Source of the DNA: Auanema rhodensis
Lineage: Eukaryota; Animalia; Nematoda
NCBI GenBank assembly: GCA_964057225.1
Contig: CAXKVF010000094.1
Coordinates: forward strand, 62,001-126,000
DNA: 64,000 bases
Reading direction: 5' to 3'
The notes below the pieces were generated by a model. The model was not told the origin of the DNA. It saw only the letters and a list, made by a program, of their open reading frames with translations, and made no database searches. The translations under genes were made by a program, and so were the position numbers. Within the stretch, counting starts at the first letter, position 1; each line of letters begins with the position of its first letter. Below are positions 15,001 to 28,113 of the stretch, piece by piece.

Positions 15001-18000
15001 ACGTGTACATTTAATTAGCATAAATTAAAGTTCACGTAAATTTCAAAGTCATGGTTACCATGAACCAATATCAATTAAAATTTGTTTTTAGACTAATATG
15101 GACATGGGCAATCTAATTTTGAAAACCGCATCTCTTTATCTTTCACGTGAAGCGAGTTACATACCAAGTGCACATCACGTGTACATTTAATTAGCATAAA
15201 TTAAAGTTCACGTAAATTTCAAAGTCATGGTTACCATGCACCAATATCAATAAAAATTTGTTTTTAGACTAATATGGACATGGGGAATCTAATTTTGAAA
15301 ACCGCATATCTTTATCTTTCACGTGAAGCGAGTTACATACCAAGTGCACATCACGTGTACATTTAATTAGCATAAAATAAAGTTCACGTAAATTTCAAAG
15401 TCATGGTTACCATGAACCAATATCAATTAAAATTTGTTTTTAGACTAATATGGACATGGGCAATCTAATTTTGAAAACCGCATCTCTTTATCTTTCACGT
15501 GAAGCGAGTTACATACCAAGTGCACATCACGTGTACATTTAATTAGCATAAATTAAAGTTCACGTAAATTTCAAAGTCATGGTTACCATGCACCAATATC
15601 AATAAAAATTTGTTTTTAGACTAATATGGACATGGGGAATCTAATTTTGAAAACCGCATCTCTTTATCTTTCACGTGAAGCGAGTTACATTCCAAGTGCA
15701 CATCACGTGTACATTTAATTAGCATACATTAAAGTTCACGTAAATTTCAAAGTCATGGTTACCATGCACCAATATCAATAAAAATTTGTTTTTAGACTAA
15801 TATGGACATGGGGAATCTAATTTTGAAAACCGCATCTCTTCATCTTTCACGTGAAGCGAGTTACATACCAAGTGCACATCACGTGTACATTTAATTAGCA
15901 TAAATTAAAGTTCACGTAAATTTCAAAGTCATGGTTACCATGCACCAATATCAATAAAAATTTGTTTTTAGACTAATATGGACATGGGGAATCTAATTTT
16001 GAAAACCGCATCTCTTTATCTTTCACGTGAAGCGAGTTACATACCAAGTGCACATCACGTGTACATTTAATTAGCATAAATTAAAGTTCACGTAAATTTC
16101 AAAGTCATGGTTACCATGAACCAATATCAATAAAAATTTGTTTTTAGACTAATATGGACATGGGGAATCTAATTTTGAAAACCGCATATCTTTATCTTTC
16201 ACGTGAAGCGAGTTACATACCAAGTGCACATCACGTGTACATTTAATTAGCATAAATTAAAGTTCACGTAAATTTCAAAGTCGTGGTTACCATGCACCAA
16301 TATCAATAAAAATTCGTTTTTAGACTAATATGGACATGGGGAATCTAATTTTGAAAACCGCATCTCTTTATCTTTCACGTGAAGCGAGTTACATACCAAG
16401 TGCACATCACGTGTACATTTAATTAGCATAAATTAAAGTTCACGTAAATTTCAAAGTCATGGTTACCATGCACCAATATCAATAAAAATTTGTTTTTAGA
16501 CTAATATGGACATGGGGAATCTAATTTTGAAAACCGCATCTCTTTATCTTTCACGTGAAGCGAGTTACATACCAAGTGCACATCACGTGTACATTTAATT
16601 AGCATAAATTAAAGTTCACGTAAATTTCAAAGTCATGGTTACCATGAACCAATATCAATAAAAATTTGTTTTTAGACTAATATGGACATGGGGAATCTAA
16701 TTTTGAAAACCGCATCTCTTTATCTTTCACGTGAAGCGAGTTACATACCAAGTGCACATCACGTGTACATTTAATTAGCATAAATTAAAGTTCACGTAAA
16801 TTTCAAAGTCGTGGTTACCATGCACCAATATCAATAAAAATTCGTTTTTAGACTAATATGGACATGGGGAATCTAATTTTGAAAACCGCATCTCTTTATC
16901 TTTCACGTGAAGCGAGTTACATACCAAGTGCACATCACGTCTAAATTTAATTAGCATAAATTAAAGTTCACGAAAATTTCAAAGTCATGGTTACCATGAA
17001 CCAATATCAATAAAAATTTGTTTTTAGACTAATATGGACATGGGCAATCTAATTTTGAAAACCGCATCTCTTTATCTTTCACGTGAAGCGAGTTACATAC
17101 CAAGTGCACATCACGTGTACATTTAATTAGCATAAATTAAAGTTCACGTAAATTTCAAAGTCATGGTTACCATGCACCAATATCAATAAAAATTTGTTTT
17201 TAGACTAATATGGACATGGGGAATCTAATTTTGAAAACCGCATCTCTTCATCTTTCACGTGAAGCGAGTTACATACCAAGTGCACATCACGTGTACATTT
17301 AATTAGCATTAATTAAAGTTCACGTAAATTTCAAAGTCATGGTTACCATGAACCAATATCAATAAAAATTTGTTTTTAGACTAATATGGACATGGGGAAT
17401 CTAATTTTAAAAACCGCATCTCTTTATCTTTCACGTGAAGCGAGTTACATACCAAGTGCACATCACGTGTACATTTAATTAGCATAAATTAAAGTTCACG
17501 TAAATTTCAAAGTCATGGTTACCATGCACCAATATCAATAAAAATTTGTTTTTAGACTAATATGGACATGGGGAATCTAATTTTGAAAACCGCATCTCTT
17601 CATATTTCACGTGAAGCGAGTTACATACCAAGTGCACATCACGTCTAAATTTAATTAGCATAAATTAAAGTTCACGAAAATTTCAAAGTCATGGTTACCA
17701 TGAACCAATATCAATAAAAATTTGTTTTTAGACTAATATGGACATGGGCAATCTAATTTTGAAAACCGCATCTCTTTATCTTTCACGTGAAGCGAGTTAC
17801 ATACCAAGTGCACATCACGTGTACATTTAATTAGCATAAATTAAAGTTCACGTAAATTTCAAAGTCATGGTTACCATGCACCAATATCAATAAAAATTTG
17901 TTTTTAGACTAATATGGACATGGGGAATCTAATTTTGAAAACCGCATCTCTTCATCTTTCACGTGAAGCGAGTTACATACCAAGTGCACATCACGTGTAC

Positions 18001-21000
18001 ATTTAATTAGCATAAATTAAAGTTCACGTAAATTTCAAAGTCATGGTTACCATGAACCAATATCAATAAAAATTTGTTTTTAGACTAATATGGACATGGG
18101 GAATCTAATTTTAAAAACCGCATCTCTTTATCTTTCACGTGAAGCGAGTTACATACCAAGTGCACATCACGTGTACATTTAATTAGCATAAATTAAAGTT
18201 CACGTAAAATTCAAAGTCATGGTTACCATGCACCAATATCAATAAAAATTTGTTTTTAGACTAATATGGACATGGGGAATCTAATTTTGAAAACCGCATC
18301 TCTTTATCTTTCACGTGAAGCGAGTTACATACCAAGTGCACATCACGTGTACATTTAATTAGCATAAATTAAAGTTCACGTAAATTTCAAAGTCATGGTT
18401 ACCATGCACCAATATCAATAAAAATTTGTTTTTAGACTAATATGGACATGGGGAATCTAATTTTGAAAACCGCATCTCTTTATCTTTCACGTGAAGCGAG
18501 TTACATACCAAGTGCACATCACGTGTACATTTAATTAGCATAAATTAAAGTTCACGTAAATTTCAAAGTCATGGTTACCATGAAGCAATATCAATAAAAA
18601 TTTGTTTTTAGACTAATATGGACATGGGGAATCTAATTTTGAAAACCGCATCTCTTTATCTTTCACGTGAAGCGAGTTACATACCAAGTGCACATCACGT
18701 GTACATTTAATTAGCATAAATTAAAGTTCACGTAAATTTCAAAGTCATGGTTACCATGAACCAATATCAATAAAAATTTGTTTTTAGACTAATATGGACA
18801 TGGGGAATCTAATTTTGAAAACCGCATCTCTTTATCTTTCACGTGAAGCGAGTTACATACCAAGTGCACATCACGTGTACATTTAATTAGCATAAATTAA
18901 AGTTCACGTAAATTTCAAAGTCATGGTTACCATGCACCAATATCAATAAAAATTTGTTTTTAGACTAATATGGACATGGGGAATCTAATTTTGAAAACCG
19001 CATCTCTTTATCTTTCACGTGAAGCGAGTTACATACCAAGTGCACATCACGTGTACATTTAATTAGCATAAATTAAAGTTCACGTAAATTTCAAAGTCAT
19101 GGTTACCATGCACCAATATCAATAAAAATTTGTTTTTAGACTAATATGGACATGGGGAATCTAATTTTGAAAACCGCATCTCTTTATCTTTCACGTGAAG
19201 CGAGTTACATACCAAGTGCACATCACGTGTACATTTAATTAGCATAAATTAAAGTTCACGTAAATTTCAAAGTCATGGTTACCACGAAGCAATATCAATA
19301 AAAATTTGTTTTTAGACTAATATGGACATGGGGAATCTAATTTTGAAAACCGCATCTCTTTATCTTTTACGTGAAGCGAGTTACATACCAAGTGCACATC
19401 ACGTGTACATTTAATTAGCATAAATTAAAGTTCACGTAAATTTCAAAGTCATGGTTACCATGCACCAATATCAATAAAAATTTGTTTTTAGACTAATATG
19501 GACATGGGGAATCTAATTTTGAAAACCGCATCTCTTTATCTTTCACGTGAAGCGAGTTACATACCAAGTGCACATCACGTGTACATTTAATTAGCATAAA
19601 TTAAAGTTCACGTAAATTTCAAAGTCATGGTTACCATGAACCAATATCAATAAAAATTTGTTTTTAGACTAATATGGACATGGGGAATCTAATTTTGAAA
19701 ACCGCATCTCTTTATCTTTCACGTGAAGCGAGTTACATACCAAGTGCACATCACGTGTACATTTAATTAGCATAAATTAAAGTTCACGTAAAATTCAAAG
19801 TCATGGTTACCATGCACCAATATCAATAAAAATTTGTTTTTAGACTAACATGGACATGGGGAATCTAATTTTGAAAACCGCATCTCTTTATCTTTTACGT
19901 GAAGCGAGTTACATACCAAGTGCACATCACGTGTACATTTAATTAGCATAAATTAAAGTTCACGTAAATTTCAAAGTCATGGTTACCATGAACCAATATC
20001 AATAAAAATTTGTTTTTAGACTAATATGGACATGGGGAATCTAATTTTGAAAACCGCATCTCTTTATCTTTCACGTGAAGCGAGTTACATACCAAGTGCA
20101 CATCACGTGTACATTTAATTAGCATAAATTAAAGTTCACGTAAATTTCAAAGTCATGGTTACCATGAACCAATATCAATAAAAATTTGTTTTTAGACTAA
20201 TATGGACATGGGGAATCTAATTTTGAAAACCGCATCTCTTTATCTTTCACGTGAAGCGAGTTACATACCAAGTGCACATCACGTGTACATTTAATTAGCA
20301 TAAATTAAAGTTCACGTAAATTTCAAAGTCATGGTTACCATGAAGCAATATCAATAAAAATTTGTTTTTAGACTAATATGGACATGTGGAATCTAATTTT
20401 GAAAACCGCATCTCTTTATCTTTCACGTGAAGCGAGTTACATACCAAGTGCACATCACGTGTACATTTAATTAGCATAAATTAAAGTTCACGTAAAATTC
20501 AAAGTCATGGTTACCATGAACCAATATCAATAAAAATTTGTTTTTAGACTAATATGGACATGGGGAATCTAATTTTGAAAACCGCATCTCTTTATCTTTC
20601 ACGTGAAGCGAGTTACATACCAAGTGCACATCACGTGTACATTTAATTAGCATAAATTAAAGTTCACGTAAATTTCAAAGTCATGGTTACCATGAACCAA
20701 TATCAATAAAAATTTGTTTTTAGACTAATATGGACATGGGGAATCTAATTTTGAAAACCGCATCTCTTTATCTTTCACGTGAAGCGAGTTACATACCAAG
20801 TGCACATCACGTGTACATTTAATTAGCATAAATTAAAGTTCACGTAAATTTCAAAGTCATGGTTACCATGAACCAATATCAATAAAAATTTGTTTTTAGA
20901 CTAATATGGACATGGGGAATCTAATTTTGAAAACCGCATCTCTTTATCTTTCACGTGAAGCGAGTTACATACCAAGTGCACATCACGTGTACATTTAATT

Positions 21001-24000
21001 AGCATAAATTAAAGTTCACGTAAATTTCAAAGTCATGGTTACCATGAACCAATATCAATAAAAATTTGTTTTTAGACTAATATGGACATGGGGAATCTAA
21101 TTTTGAAAACCGCATCTCTTTATCTTTCACGTGAAGCGAGTTACATACCAAGTGCACATCACGTGTACATTTAATTAGCATAAATTAAAGTTCACGTAAA
21201 TTTCAAAGTCATGGTTACCATGCACCAATATCAATAAAAATTTGTTTTTAGACTAATATGGACATGGGGAATCTAATTTTGAAAACCGCATCTCTTTATC
21301 TTTCACGTGAAGCGAGTTACATACCAAGTGCACATCACGTGTACATTTAATTAGCATAAATTAAAGTTCACGTAAATTTCAAAGTCATGGTTACCATGAA
21401 GCAATATCAATAAAAATTTGTTTTTAGACTAATATGGAAATGGGGAATCTAATTTTGAAAACCGCATCTCTTTATCTTTCACGTGAAGCGAGTTACATAC
21501 CAAGTGCACATCACGTGTACATTTAATTAGCATAAATTAAAGTTCACGTAAATTTCAAAGTCATGGTTACCATGAACCAATATCAATAAAAATTTGTTTT
21601 TAGACTAATATGGACATGGGGAATCTAATTTTGAAAACCGCATCTCTTTATCTTTCACGTGAAGCGAGTTACATACCAAGTGCACATCACGTGTACATTT
21701 AATTAGCATAAATTAAAGTTCACTTAAATTTCAAAGTCATGGTTACCATGAACCAATATCAATAAAAATTTGTTTTTAGACTAATATGGACATGGGGAAT
21801 CTAATTTTGGAAACCGCATCTCTTTATCTTTCACGTGAAGCGAGTTACATACCAAGTGCACATCACGTGTACATTTAATTAGCATAAATTAAAGTTCACG
21901 TAAATTTCAAAGTCATGGTTACCATGCACCAATATCAATAAAAATTTGTTTTTAGACTAATATGGACATGGGGAATCTAATTTTGAAAACCGCATCTCTT
22001 TATCTTTCACGTGAAGCGAGTTACATACCAAGTGCACATCACGTGTACATTTAATTAGCATAAATTAAAGTTCACGTAAATTTCAAAGTCATGGTTACCA
22101 TGCACCAATATCAATAAAAATTTGTTTTTAGACTAATATGGACATGGGGAATCTAATTTTGAAAACCGCATCTCTTTATCTTTCACGTGAAGCGAGTTAC
22201 ATACCAAGTGCACATCACGTGTACATTTAATTAGCATAAATTAAAGTTCACGTAAATTTCAAAGTCATGGTTACCATGCACCAATATCAATAAAAATTTG
22301 TTTTTAGACTAATATGGACATGGGGAATCTAATTTTGAAAACCGCATCTCTTTATCTTTCACGTGAAGCGAGTTACATACCAAGTGCACATCACGTGTAC
22401 ATTTAATTAGCATAAATTAAAGTTCACGTAAATTTCAAAGTCATGGTTACCATGAAGCAATATCAATAAAAATTTGTTTTTAGACTAATATGGACATGGG
22501 GAATCTAATTTTGAAAACCGCATCTCTTTATCTTTTACGTGAAGCGAGTTACATACCAAGTGCACATCACGTGTACATTTAATTAGCATAAATTAAAGTT
22601 CACGTAAATTTCAAAGTCATGGTTACCATGCACCAATATCAATAAAAATTTGTTTTTAGACTAATATGGACATGGGGAATCTAATTTTGAAAACCGCATC
22701 TCTTTATCTTTCACGTGAAGCGAGTTACATACCAAGTGCACATCACGTGTACATTTAATTAGCATAAATTAAAGTTCACGTAAATTTCAAAGTCATGGTT
22801 ACCATGCACCAATATCAATAAAAATTTGTTTTTAGACTAATATGGACATGGGGAATCTAATTTTGAAAACCGCATCTCTTTATCTTTTACGTGAAGCGAG
22901 TTACATACCAAGTGCACATCACGTGTACATTTAATTAGCATAAATTAAAGTTCACGTAAATTTCAAAGTCATGGTTACCATGAACCAATATCAATAAAAA
23001 TTTGTTTTTAGACTAATATGGACATGGGGAATCTAATTTTGAAAACCGCATCTCTTTATCTTTCACGTGAAGCGAGTTACATACCAAGTGCACATCACGT
23101 GTACATTTAATTAGCATAAATTAAAGTTCACGTAAATTTCAAAGTCATGGTTACCATGCACCAATATCAATAAAAATTTGTTTTTAGACTAATATGGACA
23201 TGGGGAATCTAATTTTGAAAACCGCATCTCTTTATCTTTTACGTGAAGCGAGTTACATACCAAGTGCACATCACGTGTACATTTAATTAGCATAAATTAA
23301 AGTTCACGTAAATTTCAAAGTCATGGTTACCATGAACCAATATCAATAAAAATTTGTTTTTAGACTAATATGGACATGGGGAATCTAATTTTGAAAACCG
23401 CATCTCTTTATCTTTCACGTGAAGCGAGTTACATACCAAGTGCACATCACGTGTACATTTAATTAGCATAAATTAAAGTTCACGTAAATTTCAAAGTCAT
23501 GGTTACCATGCACCAATATCAATAAAAATTTGTTTTTAGACTAATATGGACATGGGGAATCTAATTTTGAAAACCGCATCTCTTTATCTTTTACGTGAAG
23601 CGAGTTACATACCAAGTGCACATCACGTGTACATTTAATTAGCATAAATTAAAGTTCACGTAAATTTCAAAGTCATGGTTACCATGAACCAATATCAATA
23701 AAAATTTGTTTTTAGACTAATATGGACATGGGGAATCTAATTTTGAAAACCGCATCTCTTTATCTTTCACGTGAAGCGAGTTACATACCAAGTGCACATC
23801 ACGTGTACATTTAATTAGCATAAATTAAAGTTCACGTAAATTTCAAAGTCATGGTTACCATGCACCAATATCAATAAAAATTTGTTTTTAGACTAATATG
23901 GACATGGGGAATCTAATTTTGAAAACCGCATCTCTTTATCTTTTACGTGAAGCGAGTTACATACCAAGTGCACATCACGTGTACATTTAATTAGCATAAA

Positions 24001-24707
24001 TTAAAGTTCACGTAAATTTCAAAGTCATGGTTACCATGCACCAATATCAATAAAAATTTGTTTTTAGACTAATATGGACATGGGGAATCTAATTTTGAAA
24101 ACCGCATCTCTTTATCTTTCACGTGAAGCGAGTTACATACCAAGTGCACATCACGTGTACATTTAATTAGCATAAATTAAAGTTCACGTAAATTTCAAAG
24201 TCATGGTTACCATGAAGCAATATCAATAAAAATTTGTTTTTAGACTAATATGGACATGTGGAATCTAATTTTGAAAACCGCATCTCTTCATCTTTCACGT
24301 GAAGCGAGTTACATACCAAGTGCACATCACGTGTACATTTAATTAGCATAAATTAAAGTTCACGTAAAATTCAAAGTCATGGTTACCATGAACCAATATC
24401 AATAAAAATTTGTTTTTAGACTAATATGGACATGGGGAATCTAATTTTGAAAACCGCATCTCTTTATCTTTCACGTGAAGCGAGTTACATACCAAGTGCA
24501 CATCACGTGTACATTTAATTAGCATAAATTAAAGTTCACGTAAATTTCAAAGTCATGGTTACCATGAAGCAATATCAATAAAAATTTGTTTTTAGACTAA
24601 TATGGACATGGGGAATCTAATTTTGAAAACCGCATCTCTTTATCTTTTACGTGAAGCGAGTTACATACCAAGTGCACATCACGTGTACATTTAATTAGCA
24701 TAAATTA
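1..24707. repeat. 176-bp tandem satellite array, left block (~140 monomers)
   Basis: The opening sequence tatctttcacgtgaagcgag recurs every 176 bp (1, 177, ... 881, 1761, 2641). Monomers differ by only a few SNPs. The array stops at ...agcataaatta (24707). Confidence 0.99.
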
Positions 24708-24712
24708 GTCAA

Positions 24713-24741
24713 GGTTTATTGTTCTTTATCACAGGTTATAA
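24713..24741 (-). other. Conserved 3'-terminal motif/stem-loop of element 1 (TTATAACCTGTGAT-N3-GAACAATAAACC)
   Basis: Identical to 53937-53964 of element 2 apart from the N3 spacer. Can fold with an AACCU loop and contains AATAAA. Confidence 0.75.
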
Positions 24742-24928
24742 CAATAGCAGTTTTGAAAAAAGAAAGTGGATAAAAGAAGTTCCTTACAATATGAACATGA
24801 TTATATAAATTGATTGACATGAAAACATTAATTGTATAGAGATAAGAATAATTATTGAATCAATTATGTCAGTAGAAAATATATATTCTAAACAAGTAAA
24901 TCTATGTGTCATAGTTGTCAACCCATCC

Positions 24929-25112
24929 TTGATAAACAAGGGATTTGTTCAGTTCAAAAAATATGACCTGACCTCATTTTTACTTTTACCAGGTGCGGTG
25001 GAACTTAGAGAAAAAGTCGAGCCCGTTCTGGTAATCAGAGGTAACTATCACCAGATTCGTATGGCTAATGCCTATAGAGTCCATGGTGCAGTAACATTGT
25101 AGCAAAGGGAAC
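24929..25112 (-). other. Conserved structured RNA element in the element 1 3' UTR
   Basis: Colinear conserved blocks with 53568-53755, and stems with compensatory changes between the two elements. Confidence 0.75.
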
Positions 25113-25248
25113 AAGGATGTGGTTGAAAACAAAAAATGATACATGAAGAACATAGTTTGCATAGATATTTGTAGAAGACATATTGAAATAATAATTAGAG
25201 AACAAAATATCATAAGCAGACGAAAAACATTAATAATGAAAGTGCAAG

Positions 25249-28113
25249 CTAATCGCTAAGGAAAAGTTGAAGATGTTTGCGAAATTTGGGAGCTTTTTCA
25301 AGACTCACAATGTTTGATGGTATTGAATTCCAGAGTTCTATGGCTCTGTACTCGATACCTCTTCTAGTTTGAGTCTTCTGGACGTTTGGAAAATCCACAG
25401 TCCATTCGTGACGCCTTAGTGAGTGTGTGAATTTTTTGAGCTTAAAAATTTTCAAAGTATTCTCTGAAATTGGTTGTTTTATTTGGTTAAAATAAAAAAT
25501 TAAATCGAAAACTAGTCTTCTGAAAAATAACTTTTGCCCCCCTAGCAAAGACAGTTGATCTTCATAGCTCATTTTAGATCCTGAGCGCATGAAAACTGCG
25601 CGCAGAAACTTTTTTTGAACATTTTCAATCCGGTCTTTGTCTTTAGAATCTTGTGGGGACCAGATAATAGAAGCATATTCCAATATTGGTCTTATGTAAG
25701 TACAGAATAAGTTGTACATAAGAGAAGGCGATTTAGAGTAGAAACAACGTAAAATTATTTTACATTTTTTTGCTGCTTCACTTGTGATTTTGTTTATGTG
25801 GTTTGAGAAGGAGAGATTGTAATCTGTGAATACTCCAAGATCTTTGTAACAATCTACTGAAGATAGGTTAAAGTTACCAAAAGTGAAAGCGAAGTTTTCA
25901 GGATTACTAATTGGTTTATTTGACATAACCATTATTTTAGATTTAGAGATGTTAACGGCCATCCCGTTTGAGTCGCACCATAATTTTAATTGATCAAGGG
26001 CCCGCTGTAAACTAGTAGGGTTTTTGCTGTAGAGCTTCAAATCATCTGCATAGAGAATGGAGCTGACATCATTAGGAAAATCGGATGTTATGTCATTTAT
26101 GTAAAATAAAAACAACAGAGGACCAAGAACTGTACCTTGTGGTACACCACAAGTGAGTTGTTTAGGTGGTGATAAGGAATTATTGACCATAACTGAAAAA
26201 AACCTACCAGAGATGAAACTTTGGAGAAAGGAATGAAGTGGGCCTTGAATACCAATGGACTTGAGTTTTGAAAAAAGAGTAGAATGTTGTATAAGATCGA
26301 AGGCTTTTGAAAAGTCGATATAAGCTACAAAAACCGGAGTATTACAGTCCAATGATGATCTGAAAGAGATGTGGCTACTGAGAATTGCAGAAACAGTGCT
26401 TCTTTTAGGAAGGAAGGCGTGTTGATTTTGAGATATGGCACCATTGGAAATACCAAAATTAAGAAGTGGAGTACGTATTATACGTTCAAAGATTTTTGAG
26501 AGACTGGAAGTGAGTGAAATTGGGCGGTAGTTACTTGGATTTTCAGGTCGGCCCGTTTTGAAAATGGGACGAATCCAGGCTAACTTCCAATCAGGAGGAC
26601 AAGTTGAGGTAACTAACAAATTGTGAAAAATAAAAGCTAATGGATTAGCCAGAGTAAAAGCACATTGTTTAAGAAAGTAATATGGAATACCATCCGGAGA
26701 TGTGGATACCCTGAGTGGAAGACTATGAAGAGTTTTGTAGACCAATTCAGGTGTTATATCCATGAAATCAATGGTATGACTGGAAGAAGAAGAGACGGAA
26801 ACATGAGTGTTTTCCTGAGAGACAAGAGGAGAAAGAGGAGAAACCGTGAAAACCTCGGCAAATGCTGACACTTTATCAATATCTGAAGAAACTGACACAT
26901 TGTTGACAGTGAGGTTTGGAATGTCAGATGTTTTACCATTTAATCGGGCCTTACAAAAACGATAAAAAAGTTTGGAGTTTTTTAAGGCAGCAATACGCTC
27001 TTCCTCTAAAGCACAATTGATTTTTATTAGCTTGTCCAATTTTACTGAAAGATTTTTACGGCGAATCTCGTCAGATAGATATAAAGAGCAACTTAGCCTG
27101 TTAATTTGATTTCTGAGTTTTGCAATGTTACGATCCGCTTTTTTATTTTTCCTCGGTTGTTTTTTAGGAACATAAATGTCAATGATTGAATGTAGAATAG
27201 AGATAAACTTTGAATACGATTGGAGTGGAGTAAGACCTGAAAGTTCAGAACAGAAGTCGATGTTGACCAGTTGCCTATTGATACGTTCATAATCAGCCAA
27301 AAGGAAATTGCGGTCTGATAACATGGAGAGAGATGTGGGTTCAGCACTATGTAAATCTTGTAGATGAAAATTTTCAGATTTTGAAAGTATATGAAAGGTG
27401 ATGGAAAAATGATCCGAAGCCCCAAGTGGACCAGATCGCTTGATATTGTTGACACAACGAACGTTATTTGTAATTATATAGTCAAGAATATTTTCACCTC
27501 TAGTAGGAAAATTTACTAGCTGGTTTAGACAATTGTGATTGAGAAATTGGAGTAGAATTCTACTAGAAGGAGTAGGTTGAGAACATATACCAAGATCCCA
27601 GTTTATTTTAGGGAAATTAAGATCACCAGTGAGATAGAGAGACCGATTAACTAAATGATTTTGTAGATCACAAAGATAGTTTGAGAAATCTAAGCTAGAT
27701 GATGATGGAGAACGGTAACAAACAGAAAAAATAGAATTGGAAGATGTGATGAGAATATTTATAAACTGTATGGTAGATGAATTACAAGAGCAGGAAAGAA
27801 GACGAAAAGTAATATGTTTTTTGATGAAAAGTAGTACACCACCACCCCGTGATGAACATCTATCAGCCCTGAGGATATTATAGATGTCACCTAACGGAAG
27901 AAGATTAGTGTTAAATTGGGGGTAAAGCCAGGACTCTGATATAGCAATTATATCAGGAGAATTGGGAGAGATGATAACTGGGAGAAGATGAAGTTTGGTG
28001 AGAATTGAGCGTGCATTGTAACAGTGAACAGAAATGTAAGTGTGGTTAGAGACGAGAACAGGTGTTGACGATAACATTGGATCAACGAAAGGACCCGTTA
28101 TTGGACAAAACAA
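25249..28113 (-). CDS. ORF2: apurinic-like endonuclease + reverse transcriptase, intact reading frame
   Basis: EN motifs NARS, IAISESWL, RGGGV, YRSP, GDLNFP, LDY, SDH. RT motifs NYRPISLTS, QHAF, DFSKAFD, GVPQGTVLGPLLF, YADD, YKDLGV. The true N-terminus is uncertain: first ATG at 28077, or a +1 frameshift fusion at ~28088. Confidence 0.97.
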   Translation of the reverse strand: MFCPITGPFVDPMLSSTPVLVSNHTYISVHCYNARSILTKLHLLPVIISPNSPDIIAISESWLYPQFNTNLLPLGDIYNILRADRCSSRGGGVLLFIKKHITFRLLSCSCNSSTIQFINILITSSNSIFSVCYRSPSSSSLDFSNYLCDLQNHLVNRSLYLTGDLNFPKINWDLGICSQPTPSSRILLQFLNHNCLNQLVNFPTRGENILDYIITNNVRCVNNIKRSGPLGASDHFSITFHILSKSENFHLQDLHSAEPTSLSMLSDRNFLLADYERINRQLVNIDFCSELSGLTPLQSYSKFISILHSIIDIYVPKKQPRKNKKADRNIAKLRNQINRLSCSLYLSDEIRRKNLSVKLDKLIKINCALEEERIAALKNSKLFYRFCKARLNGKTSDIPNLTVNNVSVSSDIDKVSAFAEVFTVSPLSPLVSQENTHVSVSSSSSHTIDFMDITPELVYKTLHSLPLRVSTSPDGIPYYFLKQCAFTLANPLAFIFHNLLVTSTCPPDWKLAWIRPIFKTGRPENPSNYRPISLTSSLSKIFERIIRTPLLNFGISNGAISQNQHAFLPKRSTVSAILSSHISFRSSLDCNTPVFVAYIDFSKAFDLIQHSTLFSKLKSIGIQGPLHSFLQSFISGRFFSVMVNNSLSPPKQLTCGVPQGTVLGPLLFLFYINDITSDFPNDVSSILYADDLKLYSKNPTSLQRALDQLKLWCDSNGMAVNISKSKIMVMSNKPISNPENFAFTFGNFNLSSVDCYKDLGVFTDYNLSFSNHINKITSEAAKKCKIILRCFYSKSPSLMYNLFCTYIRPILEYASIIWSPQDSKDKDRIENVQKKFLRAVFMRSGSKMSYEDQLSLLGGQKLFFRRLVFDLIFYFNQIKQPISENTLKIFKLKKFTHSLRRHEWTVDFPNVQKTQTRRGIEYRAIELWNSIPSNIVSLEKAPKFRKHLQLFLSD
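28082..28093 (-). promoter_or_regulatory. Putative +1 ribosomal frameshift site UCC_UUU_CGU_UGA at the ORF1/ORF2 junction
   Basis: In ORF1 frame; ORF2 is open in the +1 frame across it; the same 9 nt are conserved in element 2. Confidence 0.7.

Noticed and set aside
24866-25213. Two short ORFs in the element 1 3' UTR
   Set aside because: No counterpart in the element 2 track. Conservation in this region follows base-pairing rather than codon structure.
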